Assembly: GCA_029855935.1 (NCBI GenBank)
Contig: JAGSHN010000008.1
Coordinates: forward strand, 1 to 56,017
Origin: Candidatus Thorarchaeota archaeon
Lineage (GTDB): Archaea; Asgardarchaeota; Thorarchaeia; Thorarchaeales; Thorarchaeaceae
Direction: 5' to 3'
DNA: 56,017 nt
Shown piece by piece: positions 1 to 8,979 of this stretch (position 1 is the stretch's first letter; each line of letters begins with the position of its first letter). The notes below the pieces were generated by a model. The model was not told the DNA's origin. It did not search any database and saw only the letters and a list, made by a program, of their open reading frames with translations. A program made the position numbers and the translations under genes.

Positions 1-2
1 AT

Positions 3-893
3 ATGGGGTCAACCAACTACCAAGATGCCTTGGAGAAGACGATTCAGCTGGTCGAACACCTCAGGGTGACGGACGGCTATGGCGACAACGTCGGCGGCGT
101 GCAGGCAGGGACCGTTCTCTTCTTCTCGGATGGGAAACCGGACTTCGGAAGGGCAAGGGAGGACTTGGTCTTCCAGATTGTGGGTCGTGGCTTCACATTC
201 CACACAATGGGCCTCGGAGGGGGCGTCGAGCCGACAACCCTGCTCTCAATGGCCGAGAACGGCGGTGGACTGTACAGGCACGCAAATACGGAGGACGAGC
301 TTCAGGAGCATCTCAATCACGTCCTGTCGTTCTCTCAGAACCTCGTCTTCTCTGCGCCCAAACTGGAGATCAACGTGATGCCAGGAGCGAGGCTCAACAA
401 CGTGTGTCTCATCGCTCCACCAAGACAGCTTGTGGACAGTATCCCCGAAGGGGGGAGCGAGACTGTGACTCTGCCCGACATTCAGGCGGGGGGAATGCTA
501 GAGATAGGATATGAGGTGTGCGTTGACAATCCCGGGAGCGAGGGCCAGACACAGGACCTCATTGAGTGGAGAATTGGTGGTGCGCCACCCACAATGACGC
601 GAGTCCGCTGGGTGTCGCTTGAAGAGGCAATGATTCAGAGGCCCAATACCAGACCCACCATTGCAATGTCAATCTATCAGGGCATGTCTGCGGTGATGAG
701 TGGAGATACTCGAAGGGCGGAGGAGATCCAGAAGCGTCTGACCAAGCTCGGCCAGACGGATCCGTTCGCAGCCACCGGGGCCACAGTGGTCAGCAAGACC
801 ATCGAGGTGGGCAAGACAGGCAACCTAGGAGAACTGTTTATGCAGGTGACCCACACACGCACGAGGCGCGACGGAGGACTGGAGGTCGAATGA
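3..893 (+). CDS. von Willebrand factor A (vWA) domain protein, probably 5'-truncated by the window edge
   Basis: GSTNYQDAL, VLFFSDG, HTMGLG and LLSMAENGGGLY match the C-terminal half of a vWA/MIDAS fold. The DxSxS motif would lie upstream of the window. Confidence 0.75.
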   Translation: MGSTNYQDALEKTIQLVEHLRVTDGYGDNVGGVQAGTVLFFSDGKPDFGRAREDLVFQIVGRGFTFHTMGLGGGVEPTTLLSMAENGGGLYRHANTEDELQEHLNHVLSFSQNLVFSAPKLEINVMPGARLNNVCLIAPPRQLVDSIPEGGSETVTLPDIQAGGMLEIGYEVCVDNPGSEGQTQDLIEWRIGGAPPTMTRVRWVSLEEAMIQRPNTRPTIAMSIYQGMSAVMSGDTRRAEEIQKRLTKLGQTDPFAATGATVVSKTIEVGKTGNLGELFMQVTHTRTRRDGGLEVE

Positions 894-894
894 A

Positions 895-2193
895 TTGGTG
901 AAATGCGAGATATGCGGACAGAAGCTGGTACCAGACGACCTGGCATTTGGCCTGTGTCCTAACTGCAACACTCCGATATCGGATGAGGCGCGGGAGAGGC
1001 TGCTCAAGGAGGCAGGGGTCGGAGGTACATCTGAGCCCCCAGAGGAAGGCAAGGGAAAGAAGCCGGCTGAACTCCCGCAGACTGCACAGTGCAAGTCATG
1101 CGGCGCAGCAATGCCTCTCGATGCATACAATGCGGGCACGCCCTGTCCCAGCTGTGGAGCAGACCCGAGGGTAGAACCGACCCCAGAGGGCTTGCAGCCC
1201 TCCGGTCCGGGGCCTCAGCCGCGGAGTTCTGGCGGAGGCGTGCAGATAGAAGGGCCAACATCGGAGGATCAACAACAGTCTGTGTCAGCGCCCGGGAGTT
1301 CCAGTGGGGGCGTGCAGGTTCCGCCTGATTCCTCTCCATCAAAAGGAGTCGAAGCGGCCGTGGAGCCTGAGGGCAAAACTCCACCCCCTGACTCGGTGGC
1401 TGTGTCCCAACCTTCAGGGCGACCCCCATCAGGTGAGGTCAATGTTGTTCTCGTCATTGGCGAGCTGGCAGGCAAGGAGATTGCATTGCCTCAAGACACA
1501 GACCTTGGGCGCGACGAGCTGGCCGCCATAGCCGGAAGCCGCTTCAAGGGTCTTGACGCGGTATCTCGCAGGCACTTCAAGTTCATCCTGACAGATGACC
1601 ACCTGTACATCACGGATCTAGGCTCAAAGAACGGTACGAGGGTCAACCAGGAGGAGCCCTGTGCGCCCAACGTGCTGAAGAGAGTCGAGATCAACGACAG
1701 GATAGTACTTGCTAATGGCGCCGTCGTCCTGAGGGTGACAGGCTACACTCAAGCAAAGGCAGCGATACCGCCACCGTACAGACTAAGAGACGAGGAGTCG
1801 GGGGTCACATACCCACTATACCTGACGAGCCCTGAGATCATTGGGAGGAGTCCCGTCCAGGGCGGGCCGCCGCATCCCTTCATTGAGGACATCTTCTATC
1901 ATATGATTGTCACAGACGGAGACAAGGAGAAGGCAAAGAACCGCATTGGTACAATCTCCCGGAAACAGCTGGAGCTGTTTTGTCCCAAGACCCCGACATC
2001 GGACTGGACGGGCGACCCGTCAGGAGGACAATACGAGCAGACGGTGAAGGTGATCAATCACTCACGGTACGGCACAATCGTGAATGGTCAGAAGCTCTCC
2101 AGCCCCGGAGACAGCGTCACAGTCCCGGTCACGTCACTCCCTATCACCATCGAGGTTGGAGCGTCCTTCAGATGGATACTCGAACGGGCCTGA
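895..2193 (+). CDS. Zn-ribbon + double FHA domain protein
   Basis: Four CxxC pairs at the N-terminus, then a Ser/Pro-rich linker. FHA1: LGR...VSRRH...DLGSKNGTRVN. FHA2: IIGRS...ISRKQ...SRYGTIVNG. TTG start 1 nt after the vWA stop. Confidence 0.85.
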   Translation: MVKCEICGQKLVPDDLAFGLCPNCNTPISDEARERLLKEAGVGGTSEPPEEGKGKKPAELPQTAQCKSCGAAMPLDAYNAGTPCPSCGADPRVEPTPEGLQPSGPGPQPRSSGGGVQIEGPTSEDQQQSVSAPGSSSGGVQVPPDSSPSKGVEAAVEPEGKTPPPDSVAVSQPSGRPPSGEVNVVLVIGELAGKEIALPQDTDLGRDELAAIAGSRFKGLDAVSRRHFKFILTDDHLYITDLGSKNGTRVNQEEPCAPNVLKRVEINDRIVLANGAVVLRVTGYTQAKAAIPPPYRLRDEESGVTYPLYLTSPEIIGRSPVQGGPPHPFIEDIFYHMIVTDGDKEKAKNRIGTISRKQLELFCPKTPTSDWTGDPSGGQYEQTVKVINHSRYGTIVNGQKLSSPGDSVTVPVTSLPITIEVGASFRWILERA

Positions 2194-2331
2194 GGACGTG
2201 TCCGCCCTATGACGGGAAGACGTGAGATGGAGGCCCGTCAATCGGAATCTGACCTGCTGACCTCTAGGCACAAGGACAGGTCCGGATGGGCTGAAACCCA
2301 GTAGTATGGGAACAAGAGGAAGTCGAGTGCA

Positions 2332-5300
2332 ATGGAAGCGCCAAGCTATGATCTCCGAGAGGAGGATGTTGAGTCAACTCGCGCGAGGTATCCCGGTGAC
2401 AATGCCGGTGTGACGACTCTAGAGGACCCAGTGAGCAAGAAGCCACAAGTGTCAGAGCCCCCGTCCGACGAGGAGAGAAGGGGACTCGATGACGGTACTG
2501 CGGACGCAGAGCCTACTCGCAACGAAGTCGAAACGGACAACGAAGGGGATGGCTCCTCAGAGTCGGGATCCGGAGAGGCTACCCGCAAAGAGACAAGAGA
2601 GGTCGAGACAACGGGACCTCTACGGCCGGAGGAGCTTGAGGAGATTGCTGGCGGCGAGACCGTTGTTGGCGCGCGGCGCGAACTCTCTCGCGGTCCTGAG
2701 GCTGCTGACTGGACCCCGCAGCTTGGAGAGGTACCGAAGAGTCCCATCTCCGTCGTCTACGCAATAGGCGATCTCCATGGCTGGGCGCCCGCGCTGATCA
2801 CGTACCTAGTAAACAATGGGCTCGCAAAGATAGAGGTCAACGGTGTCCAGCTCTACAAGACGGGCCGGGACGGGAAGATGAGTGTTGACACGAACAAGAT
2901 GGACCTGGTCTTTCCGCATCCTCAAGAGTACTTCAAGCAGAACGGCACGTTTCCCAGAGGCGTCTTTCGGGACTTCGGTGTCGACGAGATGATTGTGCAC
3001 AATGAGGGTATTCACTCCGTGAGGGCTGAATGGGTCGCGCCCGACAACGTGGCGCTCGTGCAGATTGGCGACATCTTCGACCGTGGGGACTACAGCGAGC
3101 TTGCAACAGAGATACTCAGACAGCTCGTCATCCAGGCGCCATTCAGGGTATTTGTCCTGACTGGTAATCACGAGCAGTTCCTGCTTGAGAACGATCTTGC
3201 CACTTGGCTGATGAACGAACAGAGGTTCAGTCACCTCTCCCTCCACGGTGACAAGGCCTTCCACACCCGGTTTCACGAGAAGACCTACGGCTGGAGAGTC
3301 GCAGACGAGGACACCATCCGCCGCGAGGTCTTCGACAGATATCGTATCTCAGCAACGCTGCTCTACCTGACCCAGTACGCAGCAATGGTCAGAGCAGGAG
3401 AGGCTGCTGGTGTCAGACTGCCGTCGACAGGTCGCAACACCCTCGACCTGGACAAGATTCTCAATGGCGGGTGGGATGCCTACAGATACGCCTGGGAGAT
3501 TGCAAGCGACGGCAGGTTCTCAAAGGGAGCGACGTTCCCCGGGGCCATCGTGCTGCTCGGACTCGGTCACGCACTCTTCGTCCACGCCGACCCTCTGGCG
3601 TTCAATAAGGTGGACATCGGCGGTGTCAAGGACTCCCTCAGCAGGGTCAAACTCCCCGGAGGGACCGACCTTGTGTTCCTGTTCTACGATACGGGCTCGA
3701 AGGGTGGGCAGAGCTCGAGACACGTGTCGCTGCTCTGGTCCAGAGGGGCAGAGGAGGGATCTACTGCAGAGATTCCCCGACCACGCGCGGCGGAGGCGGC
3801 GCACAACATCATCTCGGTCTTTCCAGGGACTCGACACTACGTGCACGGTCACAGCCCCACACCGATAACGAAGACGTTTATGGGCCTCAGTCCAAACTGC
3901 CCGATCACCTACCTTGCGCGAAACGCCGACGAGATTGTCGACGCCGAGCGGGGGAGCATCCGAGTCCACGTGATTGATGAGGGCATCACACCAGTCTATC
4001 GGGCCGGCGTCGCAGATGTCTACGACCCAGCTCTGGAGCCTGTTGGCCTGAGGGTCCACCCAGACCTTGTAGGTTTTCAGGATGCAGACTCGACCAGGGT
4101 CGAGACAGACAGCTCTCACTGGTTGAGGCTCATAGATTCGACGGACTTCCCTGAGTTCACAGTACCGGAGCGTCTTGCCCTCCTTGAGCCGACGAAGATA
4201 GGACGTTTCTCTCCCGGCATGAGCGTGTGGTCTGATGAAACCGCCCACCCAGAGGACCCACGACACAGGTTCACTATGCCTTGGCCGAGGATCAAGACGA
4301 CACACAGATGGTATCATTCCTCTCCGCAGGAGCCTCTCGGGAGTACTGCGGCGTTTCTCATCTATCCGACAACAGCGAAGGGCTTCTCCCGTCCGGAGCG
4401 TCTCTATATTCTGTCGAAGAGAGTCAACGTGTCTGTGGATGAGGTGTTGTTCGACTTTGGGGTCGAGTCCACCCTCGCATGGTTGACCGACAGAGATGTG
4501 AGCCGGCCCCTTGCTCTGCCTGAGGACCAGAAGGGAGAAGACTGGTTGAAGAACATCCACAGACCGGAGAAGGTCCTGAAGGACTACCTTGGGGTGCTGA
4601 GCAATGAGGGGCCAGGTGCCCTCCTCACTCAAGTGGGGATGGTGTTTGCACTGCTCACCATTGGAAAGGATGGAAGGCTTGCCGTCTTCGTGGCAAACGG
4701 TTCCGACCGTGATATCTATGTCGGCGTACGCCACCTCAACTCGGAAGACGGAGGCGAGCGAGGAATCTTTAGAGTGGACCGGTATTCCTGGAACCTCCGC
4801 ATATCAGACAGGTCACTCGGCGAGGATCCTGCGGTCTTCCTGGCACTGGGCGACGGTGAGAGAGATCTTGACCCTCCACGTGAGATACTCAAGACCGCTC
4901 TCAGTGACCTTGCCGCCAGCGAGATAAAACGCGGGCTGCTACAGGTCAGGGGCGCAGCCTGTCTACTGTGGTTCGGTGGGCGCCTTGACCGTGTTGTCGT
5001 TCGCAGTGACACCTCCGGAATCCTCGCCAGTCCGATGGCCGAGACGATGGTACTCTCATCAAGCACACGGGAGAGGGCGTCGGCTGCCCAATCAGACTCT
5101 GCCGCGCGAACACCAGAAAAGGCTGCTGACGCCTCACGTATCGCGGACGATAGACGGCCGCTGAAGAGCCATAGGGACGTTGCGCAGGCGCACCGGCCGC
5201 AGGGTCAAGTCAGGCCGGGAGAACCACGGGCACAACCGCCACGGCGCGCAAGTCCTGAGCGCGATTCAGAGTTACAGGCTGCGCTCGCTCGTGGAAAGCA

Positions 5301-5898
5301 ACATCTGCGAGGGCCGACGGGCGGGGCGCTCCGCCACGCTCCGCCTCCACCGCTGGGTAAGAAAGGTAGTACTGGCCATGTTCCCAGCAGGGCTGTGCCG
5401 AGCGGTTCTAGTCACGACGGGCATCGGGGAAAGATGGTCTCACCGCCCAAGTCATCTCCCGGCGTGGGGGAGGCAATTGTGAGAGGGGCACGCAAGGGGG
5501 TAGGCAGAGTATTCGGGGCAATCAAGTCCATCGGAGAGGGCGGAGGAAAGGTTCAGAAGATTGTACTCAGGCTGGAGAGACCAGCCAAACGGATTCTCCC
5601 TGTCGAAATAGGAGTGACGGTAGACGCCGAAGTTCTCTCACGATTTGATGTGAGAGCTCACCACGTCGACCCGAGCACACGATTCCTGTTTCACGTGGAG
5701 CGGGGAGCGATACACATCACAAACCTCTCCGGCGAGACGATGATCGTTGATGGAAAGAAGCTCAAGACCGGAAGGTCCACTCCCGTCAAGGTCGGAACGA
5801 GGTTTGTCGTCGGCCGAGCCACGTTTAGCGTTCACACCCTACCAAAGGTGAAGGACAAAATGGGCGGAGGCGGTCGCGGTCTTGGAGGACATGGATGA
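2332..5898 (+). CDS. Calcineurin-like (PPP-family) metallophosphoesterase, multidomain, with C-terminal FHA-like domain
   Basis: GDLHG, GDIFDRG, GNHE and HGHS motifs in order. Acidic disordered N-terminus, Pro/Arg-rich linker, and a C-terminal ITNLSGETMIVDG beta domain. Confidence 0.85.
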   Translation: MEAPSYDLREEDVESTRARYPGDNAGVTTLEDPVSKKPQVSEPPSDEERRGLDDGTADAEPTRNEVETDNEGDGSSESGSGEATRKETREVETTGPLRPEELEEIAGGETVVGARRELSRGPEAADWTPQLGEVPKSPISVVYAIGDLHGWAPALITYLVNNGLAKIEVNGVQLYKTGRDGKMSVDTNKMDLVFPHPQEYFKQNGTFPRGVFRDFGVDEMIVHNEGIHSVRAEWVAPDNVALVQIGDIFDRGDYSELATEILRQLVIQAPFRVFVLTGNHEQFLLENDLATWLMNEQRFSHLSLHGDKAFHTRFHEKTYGWRVADEDTIRREVFDRYRISATLLYLTQYAAMVRAGEAAGVRLPSTGRNTLDLDKILNGGWDAYRYAWEIASDGRFSKGATFPGAIVLLGLGHALFVHADPLAFNKVDIGGVKDSLSRVKLPGGTDLVFLFYDTGSKGGQSSRHVSLLWSRGAEEGSTAEIPRPRAAEAAHNIISVFPGTRHYVHGHSPTPITKTFMGLSPNCPITYLARNADEIVDAERGSIRVHVIDEGITPVYRAGVADVYDPALEPVGLRVHPDLVGFQDADSTRVETDSSHWLRLIDSTDFPEFTVPERLALLEPTKIGRFSPGMSVWSDETAHPEDPRHRFTMPWPRIKTTHRWYHSSPQEPLGSTAAFLIYPTTAKGFSRPERLYILSKRVNVSVDEVLFDFGVESTLAWLTDRDVSRPLALPEDQKGEDWLKNIHRPEKVLKDYLGVLSNEGPGALLTQVGMVFALLTIGKDGRLAVFVANGSDRDIYVGVRHLNSEDGGERGIFRVDRYSWNLRISDRSLGEDPAVFLALGDGERDLDPPREILKTALSDLAASEIKRGLLQVRGAACLLWFGGRLDRVVVRSDTSGILASPMAETMVLSSSTRERASAAQSDSAARTPEKAADASRIADDRRPLKSHRDVAQAHRPQGQVRPGEPRAQPPRRASPERDSELQAALARGKQHLRGPTGGALRHAPPPPLGKKGSTGHVPSRAVPSGSSHDGHRGKMVSPPKSSPGVGEAIVRGARKGVGRVFGAIKSIGEGGGKVQKIVLRLERPAKRILPVEIGVTVDAEVLSRFDVRAHHVDPSTRFLFHVERGAIHITNLSGETMIVDGKKLKTGRSTPVKVGTRFVVGRATFSVHTLPKVKDKMGGGGRGLGGHG

Positions 5899-5922
5899 TC
5901 GTCAACGCGAGGGGGTGATGCG

Positions 5923-7215
5923 ATGATAGCGAACCGAGGACTTGTGGCCCTGAATCCGGGGGATGTCTTTGAGGACCTGGACACGGGACGGATGTTCGAA
6001 GTAGCGGAACATCTTGGCACTGGCGGGTTTGGTTCCACCTACTTTGTCACGGACAGTTCGTCAGGAGACAGGCTCGTTGCAAAGCTTCCTGTGATAACAG
6101 GTGACAAGCAGAACGACGAGTACAGAATCCGCAAGACGGAGCACGAGGGCGAGGTACTCAAGACTCTGCTCGACAACGGCGTTCCGCACGTGGTTCCCTT
6201 CAGGGGCCAGTTCGAGACCGAGATAGCAGGTCACAGGGTTCCTGTTGTGTTGATGGAAGTCGCTCGAGGGACTACCCTTGATGACTACATATTCAAAGAG
6301 CTGCAGGCACCGATGAAGGAGGACGAGGCACGAGAGCTCCTGCTGCAGCTCTGCACGGCGCTGCAGGGAGTGCACAGTCTTGGCATTGTCCATCGAGACA
6401 TCAAGCCGGACAACATATTCATCGACACTCAGCAGCCGGAGCGAGATCTCACGCTGATTGACTTTGGCATCGCCGCACTCTACGATAACTCAAAGACCTA
6501 CGACAAGGTAACGGCCGTGGGGACTCCATTCTTCTCTGCACCTGAGGGTATGTATCAAGGATTCGTGTCGTTCAGCGCGGACGTTTTCTCGGTGGGCGCG
6601 GTAGGTTTCTTCCTGTTGACCGCTCAGCAGCCCGCAGGGCTGAGAGGAGGATACGACCCGCGGCTCTACGAGCGTAAGGGCTTCCCGGTATCGGATGACA
6701 TCGCGCAGGTGATAGTGAAGGCCACGTGGGAGGACTTCAAGCTCCGCTACCCCACGATTGAGGACCTGATGAATGCCATCCGTGGAAGGCCACCGCTGCA
6801 TCTGATGCCACGGATAATAGTGGACGGCACATCCTACGCGATTGACAAGGACCTCATCATCATCGGTAGTGCTCGTGTCGGCTCAAGTGTCGACATTGCG
6901 ATTACGGAGAGAACGCAGGACGGCAAGTACTACATCTCTCGCAAGCACTGCTACATCAAGCTGTGCGACGACGGGCTCTACAGGCTCTACGATGGTTCTC
7001 CTGAGGGCCGTCCCAGCACCAATGGCACCGTCTGGTTGGACAAGCGTGGCAACTGGAGACGCATCCCAAGAGAGGGCCTTGTCCTTGGCAACTCGCCCTA
7101 TATGATCGGTCTGGGCTACTCGGAACCGAGAACGGGAACGGGCCGTGATATGTTCGGCCATGAGAGAATCCCTCGCGTGTACCGGACGATTGAGTACCGC
7201 CCACCCGGGACGTGA
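5923..7215 (+). CDS. Hanks-type Ser/Thr protein kinase with C-terminal FHA domain
   Basis: LGTGGFG, VAK, HRDIKPDN, DFG, APE and DVFSVG. FHA motifs ISRKH and STNGT. Confidence 0.93.
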   Translation: MIANRGLVALNPGDVFEDLDTGRMFEVAEHLGTGGFGSTYFVTDSSSGDRLVAKLPVITGDKQNDEYRIRKTEHEGEVLKTLLDNGVPHVVPFRGQFETEIAGHRVPVVLMEVARGTTLDDYIFKELQAPMKEDEARELLLQLCTALQGVHSLGIVHRDIKPDNIFIDTQQPERDLTLIDFGIAALYDNSKTYDKVTAVGTPFFSAPEGMYQGFVSFSADVFSVGAVGFFLLTAQQPAGLRGGYDPRLYERKGFPVSDDIAQVIVKATWEDFKLRYPTIEDLMNAIRGRPPLHLMPRIIVDGTSYAIDKDLIIIGSARVGSSVDIAITERTQDGKYYISRKHCYIKLCDDGLYRLYDGSPEGRPSTNGTVWLDKRGNWRRIPREGLVLGNSPYMIGLGYSEPRTGTGRDMFGHERIPRVYRTIEYRPPGT

Positions 7216-7253
7216 CCCGAGCTCTCTAACACTGACAGTGTTGCAGAACGACA

Positions 7254-8924
7254 TCACAGCAAGGCGAGTTGACGGACCATCTCGGCCAGAGGATGATTCG
7301 GGTACCTTCGTAGCCAGTCCCCAACCTTGTTTCGCCAGCGGTCGTCAGTCTCACTCGTCACGTGTGTCACTATGATGTCTGCGAGGTCCAGCATAGGCGA
7401 GTCCTCACCTGACAGTGCAGTGTCATAGGATCTTCTTAGAATGCCCAAGATCTCGCCGGTGGCGTGAATCACGTCGGGGTGCGTCGCCCAGTCGTTGTAG
7501 ACGATCAGTGAGGACAGGGTCTCGATACGGTGGATGTTGTCGGGAGGTCGAGACCGGACAGAGTTGTGAAGGTCTTCAAGCAGCCGGACTGTCTCGGGCG
7601 GTACCTGCCCCTCCCCCCACGGCGGATTGAGAGTACGTATCAGCGACCGCAACAGTCTCCAGACGCAGGCATCTCGTGGACCGCTCTTCAGTCGCTGGTC
7701 CGCCTCAACAAGCATGGTGAGACTCAGATTGAAGGTTCTCATCGTGTGCGACTCTGGAGCAATGAGCACGGCAACGGGAAGCACCACAAGTCGCTCTCTT
7801 GGACTCAGGGATGCGACGTCGGGATATCTCGGCGAGCCAAACCAACGCCTCAATGAGGAACTCAGCGAGGTTGACGCGGCGAGCATTCTGCACAGGTCAA
7901 GGAGGGCAGGACTGTCCCCACGATCGAGCGAGTGCCCAGTGGAGTAGCAGACCGCTGGCAAAACACGTTCGAGGACATCTACGTCAGGCCTCGCGCCGTG
8001 GACCTGAAAGACCTCGTGAAGCCAGGTCACATCGGGCATTGGGTATCTCATATTGCGGTATGCCCAATCAATCGTATCGGGCGACCAGCTCTGTACGAGT
8101 CGCAGGATGTCCTCAAGGGGACGGTCCGAGAGTTGCGACGGTGCTGGCACGACCACTGCAAGAGAGGCCCGGGCGGACCACTCACTACGGGATGTCGAAC
8201 GGCTGTCAAACACGGCGTCCACGAATCTGCTCGTAGACGACTTGGCACCGTCACTACCTGGGCCCAGCCGTCTGAGCCAGGCCTCGATGATGTCAATCTG
8301 TCTGATATGCGGCAGCCTCCACACGTCAGGGGCCATCCACTCCTCCGGTAGCCGTCCAACGTGACCCTCAGAGAGTCTCCACGGTGTCTTGGAGGCTAGG
8401 AAGTCGGTGCCGAGTGTGATGAGTGCGGCGACCCACGCCAGAGGCCCCGGATGCTGCGGACCTGTGTGTCCCACCCCGGCGAACTGAATGTCTGTCGGCG
8501 TGATGTAGACCAAGGAGGGCGAGAGAGTAACAGAGCTGTCCTCAGCCGCATCGATGGCGCTCTGAAAAGAAGCAATGAACAATCTGACGATGTCCCCCGA
8601 TGGGTACCTGCCAGATGCCTGAGCGGACTGAATCACCATATCGAGGCGCTGGGCATCGTTGAGGATCAGGACCTCTGGCGGTCCGGCGAGCTTCTGAATG
8701 ACCGTAGGAAGCCCTCTCTGACCGGACTTTCTGGAGACCGCACTGGACGCGCCAACGAGGAACCGAAACCATTGCCGGCGTGTGGACGAATACAGTGCTC
8801 CGCCCCAGACATCCCTGTCCAGAGGTTCGTCAACAGCGAACCTCTCAACGCCTCCCAGGGCAGTGTCAAGAGCCCTCTTCACCTCATCCTCTGCCCTCAT
8901 CCGTCGAGAGACCTCCGTTCCCAA
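7254..8924 (-). CDS. Hypothetical protein; possible pseudokinase N-terminus plus helical C-terminus
   Basis: 556-aa ORF at the end of the minus-strand operon. RFAVDEPL...GGALY and LSPSLVYIT..DIQFAG resemble degenerate kinase subdomains I and VIb-VII. Confidence 0.6.
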   Translation of the reverse strand: MGTEVSRRMRAEDEVKRALDTALGGVERFAVDEPLDRDVWGGALYSSTRRQWFRFLVGASSAVSRKSGQRGLPTVIQKLAGPPEVLILNDAQRLDMVIQSAQASGRYPSGDIVRLFIASFQSAIDAAEDSSVTLSPSLVYITPTDIQFAGVGHTGPQHPGPLAWVAALITLGTDFLASKTPWRLSEGHVGRLPEEWMAPDVWRLPHIRQIDIIEAWLRRLGPGSDGAKSSTSRFVDAVFDSRSTSRSEWSARASLAVVVPAPSQLSDRPLEDILRLVQSWSPDTIDWAYRNMRYPMPDVTWLHEVFQVHGARPDVDVLERVLPAVCYSTGHSLDRGDSPALLDLCRMLAASTSLSSSLRRWFGSPRYPDVASLSPRERLVVLPVAVLIAPESHTMRTFNLSLTMLVEADQRLKSGPRDACVWRLLRSLIRTLNPPWGEGQVPPETVRLLEDLHNSVRSRPPDNIHRIETLSSLIVYNDWATHPDVIHATGEILGILRRSYDTALSGEDSPMLDLADIIVTHVTSETDDRWRNKVGDWLRRYPNHPLAEMVRQLALL

Positions 8925-8979
8925 TCACTGTATTCCAACATCGCCGATGCGAGAGTGAGCCAGAGTAGCTGGACGCGTG

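Noticed and set aside
3520-4734. Long antisense ORFs (also 27334-28158, 30351-31282 and many others)
   Set aside because: Shadows of GC-rich or repetitive real genes, with no independent motifs.
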